A DNA stretch of 64,000 nucleotides from contig DAOSPF010000003.1 in assembly GCA_035374585.1 (NCBI GenBank), forward strand, positions 2,746-66,745. The letters run 5' to 3'. Shown one piece after another: positions 8,264 to 18,155 of this stretch. A program made the translations under genes and the position numbers. The notes beneath the pieces were generated by a model, which had not been told where the DNA came from, made no database searches, and saw only the letters and a program-made list of their open reading frames with translations. Source of the stretch: Bacteroidales bacterium (GTDB taxonomy: Bacteria > Bacteroidota > Bacteroidia > Bacteroidales > DTGW01). Positions within the stretch are counted from its first letter, which is position 1. Each line of letters begins with the position of its first letter.

Positions 8264-8806
8264 ATGGTTTTTTTAAAAGGAATACGAGAAAAAATAGGAC
8301 ACATGATTTTGCGCAAAAAAATCAGAATGCGCAAAAGAAGTAAAAAAATCTGCAATTTTGACACAGCCCAAAATATAGGGGTAATATTCAAAACAGATTC
8401 TCAAAGCGACTTTGAGCTTGTCAAACGTTTCTTGCAATTTCTTTCAGACCACAACAACAAAGTGTTTGCGCTTTGTTTTGTAGACAGCAAAAAGGTGCCT
8501 GATTTTTACTTATTGCGCAAAGGCTTCAATTTTTTTTCCCGGGCAGAACTTAGTTTTTTCTTTATTCCCAAGTCTCAGACAATAATCAATTTCTCCGAAC
8601 AACCATTTGACATGCTAATAGACCTGAGTATTGACGAAAGTTTCCCTGTTCACTATATCAGCGCTATTTCAAATGCCAAACTCAAATTGGGCAAGCAAAA
8701 GAAAAACTCGGACCATATCGACATTATGATTGATGTAAGAAAAAACAATTCTGTTTCACAGCTCATCGAGGGTATAAAGCAATACGTCCCTGTTTTATGC
8801 CAGTAA
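8264..8806 (+). CDS. hypothetical protein (180 aa)
   Basis: Clean ORF with its own -7 box, a basic N-terminus and no motif I recognise. Confidence 0.6.
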   Translation: MVFLKGIREKIGHMILRKKIRMRKRSKKICNFDTAQNIGVIFKTDSQSDFELVKRFLQFLSDHNNKVFALCFVDSKKVPDFYLLRKGFNFFSRAELSFFFIPKSQTIINFSEQPFDMLIDLSIDESFPVHYISAISNAKLKLGKQKKNSDHIDIMIDVRKNNSVSQLIEGIKQYVPVLCQ

Positions 8807-8895
8807 TTCAAAAGCTAAAAAAACTCCCGTATTTATTGGGGCATTCTTTTTTTTATCCGGCAAGATTTATATTTTTGGACACTTAATTTTTAATT

Positions 8896-9786
8896 ATGAA
8901 TACTGCGAATTCGCTATTTAAAGGTACCGGGGTGGCTATTGTTACGCCTTTCAGAAAAGATGACAGTATCGACTTTACAGCATTGTCTAATTTGGTAAAC
9001 TACCAAATTGAAAATAAAGCAGACTACATTGTAGTACTTGGTACTACAGGAGAATCTGTAACCCTTTCAAATGATGAAAAACATGCCGTGATAAATACCG
9101 TTATTGAAGCTGCCAATAAACGCGTCCCGCTAATGGTCGGAATTGGCGGTAACAACACCCAGGAAATTGTAACCAAAATTAAATCATTTGATTTTACAGG
9201 TATTGACGGGGTATTGTCTGTCTCGCCATATTACAACAAACCAACTCAAACAGGCATTTACGAGCATTACAAAGCTATTGCAAACATAAGCCCAATTCCT
9301 ATCGTACTTTACAATGTACCAGGCCGTACTGGCATGAATGTTACTGCCGAAACAACATTACGCCTTGCTAATGACTTTAAAAACATTATTGCTGTCAAAG
9401 AAGCTTCTGGCAATATGCAACAAGTAATGGATATTTTAAAAAATAAACCCGAAAATTTTAGTGTTATATCGGGTGATGATGCTTTAGCATTCCCGTTGGC
9501 CTGTCTTGGTTGCGATGGAGTTATATCTGTCACAGCAAACGTTGCCACCAAAGAGGTTTCTAATATGATTCGCTTTGCTTTAGAACAAAAATATGACCAG
9601 GCAAGAAAGTTGCATTACCAATTGCTTGATTTGACTACTATGTTCTTTACTGAAGGTAGCCCCGCCGGCGTTAAAGCTGCATTGGATGTTAAAAAACTCA
9701 CTTCTGCCCATGTCCGCCTGCCATTGGTTCCTGTATCCAAAAGCTTGTACGACAAAATTGCAGAAAAAATGAAAGAATTTAAATAA
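8896..9786 (+). CDS. dapA: 4-hydroxy-tetrahydrodipicolinate synthase
   Basis: 296 aa. GTGVAIVTPF, VLGTTGES and YNVPGRTG motifs typical of DapA. Confidence 0.95.
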   Translation: MNTANSLFKGTGVAIVTPFRKDDSIDFTALSNLVNYQIENKADYIVVLGTTGESVTLSNDEKHAVINTVIEAANKRVPLMVGIGGNNTQEIVTKIKSFDFTGIDGVLSVSPYYNKPTQTGIYEHYKAIANISPIPIVLYNVPGRTGMNVTAETTLRLANDFKNIIAVKEASGNMQQVMDILKNKPENFSVISGDDALAFPLACLGCDGVISVTANVATKEVSNMIRFALEQKYDQARKLHYQLLDLTTMFFTEGSPAGVKAALDVKKLTSAHVRLPLVPVSKSLYDKIAEKMKEFK

Positions 9787-9805
9787 AAATCCTTTGATTT
9801 ATATG

Positions 9806-9837
9806 AAAAAAGAGAATGTAACCCATTCTCTTTTTTT
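9806..9837. terminator. bidirectional rho-independent terminator between dapA and the lyase gene
   Basis: AAAAAAGAGAATG-TAACC-CATTCTCTTTTTTT: an 8-bp stem flanked by an A-run and a T-run. Confidence 0.65.
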
Positions 9838-9864
9838 ATGTTTTATCACTAAAAACCAATAAAG

Positions 9865-11310
9865 CTAAAAGATATCTTCCAGGCTATACCCTTCTTTCAG
9901 CAAATTGGCCAAATCTAAAGCACGTTGCATTTGTCCTTCACTGACAAACATCAACGCTTTATTTGCTTCTATAATATTTATATGATGTTGTTTCATATAC
10001 AAAGCAAGCTCTGTTGCTTTTTTATAACCAATAACCGGCACCAATGCCGTACTAATTGAAGGACTGTATAGCATTCGCTTTTTCGCCTCTTCTGTAGAAA
10101 GCTCTAAGCCAGTAAACAAGTTATCTGCCAATGTTTTGTTTATAGAAATCAACGTCTTTATGCTATTTATCATTGCATGCCCAATAGAAGGAATATAGGC
10201 ATTCAGCTCCAAACAGCCCAAAGCCGAAAGATTGGTAAGCAACGCATCATTAGCATATACCTGATGAGCCCCGCTAATGGCATATTCTACAATAACCGGG
10301 TTGACTTTTGCCGGCATAATTGAACTTCCGGCCTGCTTCTGAGGTATTTTTATTTCCCTGCCTGCAATATCTGAAGCCAGCAACCTCAAATCATTGGTCA
10401 TTTTCTCAATATTCACTGCATGAGCTTTCAAAGTAGCAGATACTTCAACAAAAGCATCAAGATTGGATGTTGCATCAGGCATATTTTCAGACCTGAAAAT
10501 AGGTAAGCCCGACAGGGCACTTAAATTACGAGCCGATTCGAATACAAAATACCGTGGAACAGCCAAAGCAGTGCCAATTGCCCCACCTCCAAGATTGACC
10601 GTTTTGATGCGCTCATAACACTTAGACACTCGCCACCAGTCGCGCGACAAAGCTTCGTTATAAGTACTGAACAAACGGCCAAAGCTTGTTGGGACGGCTT
10701 CCTGCATTTGGGTATAGCCAATCCGTAAATGCTGATGAGCCTGTTTTTCTATAAATTCAATTTTTGACCTTAGTTCATTTATAGATTTTTCGAGCACTTC
10801 AAGCAAACGTATAACACAAACCTTTAAAGATGTAGGTATTACATCATTGGTAGATTGGTAAATATTAGCATGCTCAAATGGATCAACCAGAGAATAATTG
10901 CCTGGGGCAGATCCCAATAACTGTAACGCCCGATTGGCAATAATTTCATTTACATTCATGTTGATGCTGGTGCCTGCGCCCCCCTGCAAAGCAGGTACAA
11001 TAAAGTATTCAAAATGCATACCAGCCTCTACTTCCTCAGCCGCCTTAATCAAAGCTTCAATAACTTCATCAGACATCAATGCAAAAGGCAATGCTTTATC
11101 GCTGTATTTCTCTGATACAGCTTTTTTATAGTTCTTGTATGTGTGATAAACAGCCAATTTTACTAATCCTACCGAGCAATACCATTCTTTTGAAAAAGGT
11201 GTATCGTCCGGAAAGTTAGTTTTTGCGCGTAATGAATGAATTCCATATAAAACATTATCAGGAATTTCAAGAGTTCCAATAAAATCGGATTCTGTGCGCA
11301 TAAAGTTCAT
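9865..11310 (-). CDS. aspA: aspartate ammonia-lyase-like enzyme (class II fumarase/aspartase family)
   Basis: 481 aa. Family signature GSSIMPAKVNPV (the aspartase-type variant), plus QGGAGTSINMN and QSTND. Confidence 0.75.
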   Translation of the reverse strand: MNFMRTESDFIGTLEIPDNVLYGIHSLRAKTNFPDDTPFSKEWYCSVGLVKLAVYHTYKNYKKAVSEKYSDKALPFALMSDEVIEALIKAAEEVEAGMHFEYFIVPALQGGAGTSINMNVNEIIANRALQLLGSAPGNYSLVDPFEHANIYQSTNDVIPTSLKVCVIRLLEVLEKSINELRSKIEFIEKQAHQHLRIGYTQMQEAVPTSFGRLFSTYNEALSRDWWRVSKCYERIKTVNLGGGAIGTALAVPRYFVFESARNLSALSGLPIFRSENMPDATSNLDAFVEVSATLKAHAVNIEKMTNDLRLLASDIAGREIKIPQKQAGSSIMPAKVNPVIVEYAISGAHQVYANDALLTNLSALGCLELNAYIPSIGHAMINSIKTLISINKTLADNLFTGLELSTEEAKKRMLYSPSISTALVPVIGYKKATELALYMKQHHINIIEANKALMFVSEGQMQRALDLANLLKEGYSLEDIF

Positions 11311-11325
11311 TTAATACTTTGATTA

Positions 11326-12039
11326 CTACTCTTCGTCTTCATCAGTATGAGAGCCTTTTGTATCAAGCCCGGCAACACAAACCACTATCTCTCCTTTGAC
11401 AGAAGGCCTTGATTTCAGCTCTGCTATCACTTCCTCCAACGTCCCACGAAGAGTTTCTTCATGCAACTTCGATATTTCGCGCGAAACTGTTACTTTTCTT
11501 TGTGCACCAAAAAATTGAACAAACTGCTCCAACGCTTTTACAATACGCATGGGCGATTCATAAAAAATCATCGTCCGTGTTTCCTGCGAAAGCATGGCCA
11601 ACCGTTTCTGACGACCTTTCTTTTGAGGCAAAAAACCTTCAAAACAAAAACGGTCTGAAGGTAAACCTGAAACTACAAGTGCTGGGATAAGAGCAGTTGC
11701 CCCAGGCAAGCATTCAACATGCAAATCAGCCGCCAAAGCTTCACGAACCAACAAAAAACCAGGGTCAGAAATAGATGGTGTCCCTGCATCAGATACCAAT
11801 GCAAATACCTCACCACCCTGCATCCTGTTTATCAGGTTCGACAAGGTTTTATGCTCGTTAAACTTATGAAACGGAACCATAGGCTTACTTATACCCAAAT
11901 GTTTTAATAAAACTGACGACTGACGGGTATCTTCAGCAACAACCACATCCACCTCCCTTAAAACATTGATAGCCCTCAGGGTAATGTCATCGAGATTGCC
12001 TATTGGCGTAGGAACTATATATAAATTCGTTTTCATCAA
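11326..12039 (-). CDS. rsmI: 16S rRNA (cytidine1402-2'-O)-methyltransferase
   Basis: 237 aa. LYIVPTPIGNLDDITLRA...AEDTR and SDAGTPSISDPG are typical of RsmI. Confidence 0.9.
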   Translation of the reverse strand: MMKTNLYIVPTPIGNLDDITLRAINVLREVDVVVAEDTRQSSVLLKHLGISKPMVPFHKFNEHKTLSNLINRMQGGEVFALVSDAGTPSISDPGFLLVREALAADLHVECLPGATALIPALVVSGLPSDRFCFEGFLPQKKGRQKRLAMLSQETRTMIFYESPMRIVKALEQFVQFFGAQRKVTVSREISKLHEETLRGTLEEVIAELKSRPSVKGEIVVCVAGLDTKGSHTDEDEE

Positions 12040-12759
12040 CTATGCATTAGCAAATTTCCGGTTTATCAGTTGAAGCAATTTTTGGGCTGCATCCTTTTCC
12101 AAGTCAATATTTATCTCAGCTTTAAGAAATAAAACTGCCTCTTCCGCACTTTTCATTTCTTCTATTTTTTGCAATGATTCAGCATAAAGCTTTGCATCAT
12201 CACGAAACAATTCTTTTATAAAAAGAAACCTGTCGTTTATTTGGATACTCTGGGTCAGGCTTGCAATCTCTTTTTGCTGAAACTTTGTAGAAAGGTCGGT
12301 AACATTTACCTTCTGAGATACTACATCATGCAATAAAGGCTCAGGTTTTGCAAGTTTCTCAGCCAGTATTTGTTTGTGATGCTGTTGTTTTTCATGAGTT
12401 TCTTGAAGCTGTTCAACAATTTTTTCTTTCACTGCTAAGGGTTCAGTTTCAACAATAAGCTCGTCCTCTTTAGGTTGTTCAACAACTTCATTTTTCTGCA
12501 TCTTAGGCTCTTTTACAATAACATCTTCAAGCCCTTGCTTGATTTTAACCGGCTCAACCTTTTTTACAGCCTCCTTGACAGGCCCTTCAACGGCCTTATC
12601 AATTTTTATCTCTAAAACAGCCTCATACATCTCGCGCAGGTTCTTCAATACAATGTCTTTTTCTATTGAAGAAATAACATTTTTTTCTCCAATAGAATTA
12701 AGCATTTCAGCTATTTTGGAATGATATTTTTTCAGCTTATCAACAGCAGATTTATCCAT
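12040..12759 (-). CDS. hypothetical Lys/Glu-rich protein (239 aa)
   Basis: ORF abuts the rsmI start (stop at 12040, rsmI ATG at 12039). No recognised domain. Confidence 0.6.
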   Translation of the reverse strand: MDKSAVDKLKKYHSKIAEMLNSIGEKNVISSIEKDIVLKNLREMYEAVLEIKIDKAVEGPVKEAVKKVEPVKIKQGLEDVIVKEPKMQKNEVVEQPKEDELIVETEPLAVKEKIVEQLQETHEKQQHHKQILAEKLAKPEPLLHDVVSQKVNVTDLSTKFQQKEIASLTQSIQINDRFLFIKELFRDDAKLYAESLQKIEEMKSAEEAVLFLKAEINIDLEKDAAQKLLQLINRKFANA

Positions 12760-12874
12760 AAACTTCTCAAATTAAGTGAACTTCAGAAAAGTCAGTCAAC
12801 ATTCTGTTAACATTTTACAAATATACAAAAGGCTAAATTTTATTCGGCCTAAAATATTGTAGCGCAATTTGCTT

Positions 12875-12882
12875 TACTTTTG
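12875..12882 (+). promoter_or_regulatory. candidate -7 box TACTTTTG
   Basis: TAnnTTTG match 37 nt upstream of ATG 12919. It lies inside the track ORF extension that starts at TTG 12880, which argues for the 12919 start. Confidence 0.35.
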
Positions 12883-12918
12883 CATCAACAGATGTTTTTT
12901 ACACATCGCATATTTATC

Positions 12919-15369
12919 ATGGACTACAGTTTAAAACAAATCGCAGAAATAACAGGAGGCAAGCTCATTGGAGACGGTTCTGTTATGATTAACCAGCTTA
13001 TCACCGATAGCCGACAACCCGTTGCTGCTTGCGGTTCGTTATTCTTTGCCATTAAAGGCCCAAGAAATGACGGACATCAATATATCCATGACCTTATTGC
13101 CAAACGCAATGTAACAAACTTTATTGTTGAAAAAGAAATTTCTGTCGAGCAAAAAATAAACCAGATAATCGTTGACAATACTGTTAATGCATTGCAAAAA
13201 CTGGCAGCATACCACCGAAGCTGCTTCAATTGCCCGGTAATTGGTATCACCGGAAGTAATGGCAAAACGATAGTAAAAGAATGGCTTTACCAGCTTTTAC
13301 AGTCAAAATATAACATTGTTCGCAGCCCTAAAAGCTACAATTCGCAAACCGGCGTGCCTCTGTCTGTTTGGAACATGAATGAAAAAACAGAACTGGCCAT
13401 TTTTGAAGCCGGCATCTCTAAACAAGGCGAAATGAGCAGGCTTCAGGCTATCATTAAACCCGAAATTGGCATATTTACAAACATTGGAGAAGCCCACCAG
13501 GAAAACTTTTATTCTATTCAAAGAAAAATAAGAGAAAAATTAAATCTTTTCCGCGATACTAAAGTACTGCTTTACTGTCTTGACCATGAAGCAATAGCCG
13601 AAGAAATAGAAGATTGGGCAAATAACAATCAACAATTGATCTGCTGGTCTGCAAAACAAAAAGCAGACCTGCAAATCACCCGTCAAATCAGCCAAAACAA
13701 TAGCACATCTTTGACCGGGACATACAAAGACATTGAAATATCAATTAATATACCGTTTACAGACAATGCTTCCATTGAAAATGCAATCACATGCTGGCTG
13801 CTGGTTTTGCATCTTGGAATCGACAAAAGCATTTACCAGCCTGAATTTGCTGCATTGTCACCTGTAGCGCTTCGATTGGAACAAAAGAAAGGTATTAATG
13901 GTTGTTCTATTATCAATGACAGCTATAACTCCGACTTATATTCATTAGGAATAGCGCTTGATTTCTTAAGCCACCAACAGCAACTTCAAAAAACCCTTAT
14001 TCTATCTGACATTCTACAATCAGGCAGGTTAGACTCCGACTTGTACCAGCACGTTGCAAACCTTATAGAAATAAAGCAAGTTCAACGCCTTATTGGCATT
14101 GGGCCTTCAATCAGCTCACAAGCCTCATTATTTAAGGTAAAAAAAGAATTTTATACCAGCACCGAAGAGTTTATCAGCCATTTTCAGCCTTCACGTTTTC
14201 AAAACGAAGCTATACTGCTTAAAGGTGCACGAAACTTTGAATTTGAGCGTATTTCTTCATTTCTGGAAGAAAAAACACACCGTACCACCCTCGAAATCAA
14301 CATGACAGCTATGGTGCACAACCTGAATTATTTCAAAAGCAAGCTGCATGCGGGGACGAAACTCATTGCCATGGTAAAAGCTTTCTCTTACGGTAGTGGC
14401 AGCTACGAAGTGGCTAATATGCTCGAATATCAAAAAGTTGATTACCTTGCTGTAGCCTTTGCCGATGAAGGTGTGGCTTTGCGACAATCGGGCATTAGCA
14501 TGCCCATCATAGTCATGAACCCGGAAGCTTCTGCGTTCAGGTTGATGATTGATTACAGATTGGAACCAGAAATATACTCATTTAAAGAACTCCGTCAATT
14601 TGCCGATATGCTAAAAGCATACCGAATAGACAACTACCCGGTACACCTGAAAGTTGATACCGGTATGCACCGACTTGGCTTCATGCCTGAAGAAATTGAC
14701 TCTTTATGTAACGAGATAAAGAAAAATAAGGGCATTAAAGTTGAATCTGTATTCTCACACCTTGCAGGAGCTGACGAAGAACAACATGACAATTATACCC
14801 TTGAACAAATAGAGCTGTTTCAGAAAATATGTTCTAAAATTCAAAACTGTGTTGAATATCCTGTTATGCGGCACATATTAAATTCATCGGGGATTGACCG
14901 TTTTTCAGAATATCAATTCGAAATGGTACGCTTGGGTATTGGTTTATATGGTGTAATTCCTTCTAATCAGGAACAATTGCAATGGGTGAGCACACTCAAA
15001 ACCAGCATTCTTCAGATAAAAGAGGTCGAAACAGGTAAAACTATCGGCTATGGCCGAAAAGGCAAGGCTTTGAAACAAACCAAAATTGCAGTTATCCCAA
15101 TTGGTTATGCAGACGGATATAGCCGAATACTAAGCAATGGAGTCGGACGGGTTTTCGTCAATGGCTCCTATGCCCCTGTTATTGGAAACATTTGTATGGA
15201 CATGTGCATGATTGATATTACCGGCATTGATGCTAACGAAGGCGATGAAGTGGAAATCTTTGGCAAACATGTCACCATTCTCGAATTAGCAGACAAAATG
15301 CATACCATACCTTACGAAGTGCTTACAAGCATTGCCCCAAGAGTGAAGAGAGTGTATGTACAAGAATAA
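12919..15369 (+). CDS. murF/alr: bifunctional UDP-MurNAc-tripeptide--D-Ala-D-Ala ligase (MurF) / alanine racemase (Alr)
   Basis: N-terminal half is Mur ligase (GITGSNGKT). C-terminal half is alanine racemase (VKAFSYGSG carries the PLP lysine, plus YGRKG...IPIGYADGY). Start chosen at MDYSLKQIAEITGG. Confidence 0.9.
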   Translation: MDYSLKQIAEITGGKLIGDGSVMINQLITDSRQPVAACGSLFFAIKGPRNDGHQYIHDLIAKRNVTNFIVEKEISVEQKINQIIVDNTVNALQKLAAYHRSCFNCPVIGITGSNGKTIVKEWLYQLLQSKYNIVRSPKSYNSQTGVPLSVWNMNEKTELAIFEAGISKQGEMSRLQAIIKPEIGIFTNIGEAHQENFYSIQRKIREKLNLFRDTKVLLYCLDHEAIAEEIEDWANNNQQLICWSAKQKADLQITRQISQNNSTSLTGTYKDIEISINIPFTDNASIENAITCWLLVLHLGIDKSIYQPEFAALSPVALRLEQKKGINGCSIINDSYNSDLYSLGIALDFLSHQQQLQKTLILSDILQSGRLDSDLYQHVANLIEIKQVQRLIGIGPSISSQASLFKVKKEFYTSTEEFISHFQPSRFQNEAILLKGARNFEFERISSFLEEKTHRTTLEINMTAMVHNLNYFKSKLHAGTKLIAMVKAFSYGSGSYEVANMLEYQKVDYLAVAFADEGVALRQSGISMPIIVMNPEASAFRLMIDYRLEPEIYSFKELRQFADMLKAYRIDNYPVHLKVDTGMHRLGFMPEEIDSLCNEIKKNKGIKVESVFSHLAGADEEQHDNYTLEQIELFQKICSKIQNCVEYPVMRHILNSSGIDRFSEYQFEMVRLGIGLYGVIPSNQEQLQWVSTLKTSILQIKEVETGKTIGYGRKGKALKQTKIAVIPIGYADGYSRILSNGVGRVFVNGSYAPVIGNICMDMCMIDITGIDANEGDEVEIFGKHVTILELADKMHTIPYEVLTSIAPRVKRVYVQE

Positions 15370-15370
15370 A

Positions 15371-15405
15371 TGACTGATGGCAAATGACGAATGACAAATT
15401 GAAAA
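15371..15405. repeat. heptanucleotide array, TGAC-type units, directly after the murF/alr stop
   Basis: TGACTGA TGGCAAA TGACGAA TGACAAA TTGAAAA in perfect phase. TGA codons at 15371, 15375, 15385 and 15392 cover all three plus-strand frames. Confidence 0.7.
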
Positions 15406-15490
15406 CTAATTTTTTAGATTCAATTTTAATGGCACACTCACCATCATTTTGCAAATGATAGTATTCCCCCTCCTTTAAAAGGAGAGCTGT

Positions 15491-15509
15491 CTCCCGCCTC
15501 AGGCGGGAG
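15491..15509. terminator. GC-rich hairpin in a convergent gap
   Basis: CTCCCGCC-TCA-GGCGGGAG, an 8-bp stem. It is one of four consecutive hairpins in 15443-15535. Confidence 0.5.
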
Positions 15510-15531
15510 GCAGGGGTAGTTTACTTGTAAA

Positions 15532-16380
15532 CTACTTAGCCTTAATCCCCATAATCGAAAGCATCTTTACCCCATAACGCTTACCTAATATTCGGTATCC
15601 TTCAGCGTTGAAATGGGCATTATCCTGCGAAGGGCATCCGGCTGAAGATATAACATGGGCTGTTGGAATCGTTTCTGGGAGCTTATTAATAATGGCATTC
15701 ATGCTTGAACAACAACTCCCTTCAGCCGAAACAACTTCTCCGGCTAAAAGTGGCACCGACTCTGCCTTTAAAGAAAGGTCGGCGAGCATATCGTTGTATA
15801 TTTTCTTAACATAAGTAGGCCATTGGGCATCTCCGGTATTGGTTTCGCCCTGGTGAAGAAGGATACCTTTTATAACCCCATCCTTTTTCGCCAATTTAGC
15901 CAAGTCTATAAGGTATTTGTACGGATTGTACTGATAATCTTTTACCTTATTGACAAACCAGCTCTCTTTGTAAGTAGAATCATAATCTTGATAAATATCT
16001 TTATCAAACAACCTGATATCGCAGCCGCCTACAGCAACATTAATAATACCAACAGTGATACTTTCTGGCAGGTTGGCCACCATTGTCCTGCCAAAGTAGT
16101 CGGCAGGTGAGAGTTTTGAGTGGCACTGACAGGAAGGAGGAATGGCATTGTACCAGGTTGCTTTTGTCCTATTTAAATTAGGGCAATCAAGCGCCTGAAA
16201 TACCTTGAAACGACTATCTACAATAGAATCCTGAGCCTCAATAGCCCCCTGCCCTTCCATATTGGACTGCCCAAAACAAATATAAATGTAAAAATTAGGA
16301 TTTTGGGCATTAAGGCCCATTCCTAACAAAACAACGCAGGCAAAAACAAATAGTTTTGCTTTTAAATTTTTTGATTTCAT
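15532..16380 (-). CDS. secreted sialate O-acetylesterase-like (SASA/DUF303-type) carbohydrate esterase, catalytic domain only
   Basis: 282 aa. Signal peptide, GQSNMEGQG catalytic-serine motif, HQGETNTGD. Paralog of the N-terminal half of 55002-56600. Confidence 0.8.
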   Translation of the reverse strand: MKSKNLKAKLFVFACVVLLGMGLNAQNPNFYIYICFGQSNMEGQGAIEAQDSIVDSRFKVFQALDCPNLNRTKATWYNAIPPSCQCHSKLSPADYFGRTMVANLPESITVGIINVAVGGCDIRLFDKDIYQDYDSTYKESWFVNKVKDYQYNPYKYLIDLAKLAKKDGVIKGILLHQGETNTGDAQWPTYVKKIYNDMLADLSLKAESVPLLAGEVVSAEGSCCSSMNAIINKLPETIPTAHVISSAGCPSQDNAHFNAEGYRILGKRYGVKMLSIMGIKAK

Positions 16381-16423
16381 TTTGTTTTCAATATTAGTTG
16401 ATTATGGCCTCAAAAATAAACAT

Positions 16424-18010
16424 CTATTTTTTAATGAGGTTTATATTTTTTGGAACAGCATACAAAAACAAACTAAAGAAAAGCGCCATAATCACGCATC
16501 CAATCATCCGCTCAAGCGTATCATCAGTGAAGAATGAAAACAATACCACGCAAAAGCTGACCAAAAACAAGTAAGAACTATATTTCCGTTCTAAAATACC
16601 AGGCAAAACAAACGAAAGCAAAAATACCACCAGCCCAACAATTCCGCTGCCTATCATAATGGTAAGCAACTGGTTATGTGGATTCTGTTTTTTATCTTCG
16701 CCCAAATCCGGGCTATCTTTATCAAACTGAGCTTGTATATCATCATTGATATCCCCATAGCCGGTTCCGAACCATATATGCTCAGAAAAAACTTTCCAAC
16801 CATTTTTCAAACCATTTATTCTGATAGTTACAGAACCAGCCGGAATACCTGTTCGCCTCCACTCGTCAAACTCCCTGATTAAATCATATATGCGGGCATT
16901 AACACCAACCTCAGCCAACTTATAATTATAATAACCCGATTCAATATTTCGTACATCGCGGTCGGTAAGCTGCGACATACCAGCCGAATCTTTGCGCAAC
17001 CCTTTTGAGGTAAGATAACTGACAAGCGTTACTTTTACCGGCACCCAACCAGCATTATCGAGGCTATCAAACGCAACCTGGCTTCGTTTTGCCCATTGAA
17101 TACGCAATTCTGGCTCGCATATATAAATATTCCTTAAATATCCATTAACACGAATAGTATCATTTACACTATGCTCATATTTATTGCCATTCAATGTCAA
17201 TGAGTCTAGTTTTGCTGTATTTTCAATATGTATTGCCCGATACTCATTCAAATTACTTTTGAACAAATATGCTCCAGTTGCAATACTTAATAATCCAAGA
17301 ACTACAAATGCAACTCGAATATAAACACTAATTTTTCTATACCTGACCAATAACACAACCAGTAAAGTCAAAGCCAATGCCAAAATCCCTGTCAATGATT
17401 GTAAAATACCAAGAAATACAACTAACCAAACTATTGATATTATCATCAATACCTGAAATTTTCTATTTTGCGAGTGATATATTGCATATAACAAAAACAA
17501 GATATCAAGTACTATCAACAAAGCAAACCTTACAGACTCAACAAACACTGCAATCTGACGCACATTCGCAATTTTGTATTCAATGACGTGAAAAAAAATT
17601 AATAATGAAAAAAATGTAGCGGCAATATTGGCCAATGTATAAACCCATAACAATACTTTAAGTTGTTGCCATGACAACTTTTCAAAAGAACCAATAATAA
17701 TAGGGAACAGAACAATTGATATTTTGATGTTCGTAATCAAAAAAATATTTCTCTGAATATTTTCAGCATAAAACAAGCCTGCCAAAACAAATAACGTTGA
17801 CCCGGCAAATATCCAAATGCTTTTTCTTTGCCCAAGGGCCTTAACCCGTTCTTTAAACCCGGGAGCTACAAACCACGAGAATACAAGCAACCCCTCGCCT
17901 ATACTAACCAATGCTTTTGACAAGGGCAAACCTGCCAACAAGACAACTAATGAAAAAAAATAAATATTTTTTCTCAGCACATCCTTTACAACATATTGAT
18001 AATATGACAT
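16424..18010 (-). CDS. O-antigen ligase (WaaL/Wzy_C)-family polytopic membrane protein
   Basis: 528 aa. Many TM helices, a large loop, and a NPHNQLLTIMIGSGIVG motif resembling the Wzy_C HN..L....G..G signature. Confidence 0.7.
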   Translation of the reverse strand: MSYYQYVVKDVLRKNIYFFSLVVLLAGLPLSKALVSIGEGLLVFSWFVAPGFKERVKALGQRKSIWIFAGSTLFVLAGLFYAENIQRNIFLITNIKISIVLFPIIIGSFEKLSWQQLKVLLWVYTLANIAATFFSLLIFFHVIEYKIANVRQIAVFVESVRFALLIVLDILFLLYAIYHSQNRKFQVLMIISIVWLVVFLGILQSLTGILALALTLLVVLLVRYRKISVYIRVAFVVLGLLSIATGAYLFKSNLNEYRAIHIENTAKLDSLTLNGNKYEHSVNDTIRVNGYLRNIYICEPELRIQWAKRSQVAFDSLDNAGWVPVKVTLVSYLTSKGLRKDSAGMSQLTDRDVRNIESGYYNYKLAEVGVNARIYDLIREFDEWRRTGIPAGSVTIRINGLKNGWKVFSEHIWFGTGYGDINDDIQAQFDKDSPDLGEDKKQNPHNQLLTIMIGSGIVGLVVFLLSFVLPGILERKYSSYLFLVSFCVVLFSFFTDDTLERMIGCVIMALFFSLFLYAVPKNINLIKK

Positions 18011-18155
18011 ATATAATCTTTTACACTTTTTACATCGTAAAAATAGAACGAATAATCAAAAATTTGTTAAAAATTAATATTTTTGAACACCTTATACCAT
18101 GATATGCAGCAAAAAGCTACGACACTTTGAGTATAATGATTAAAACTAACTAAAC

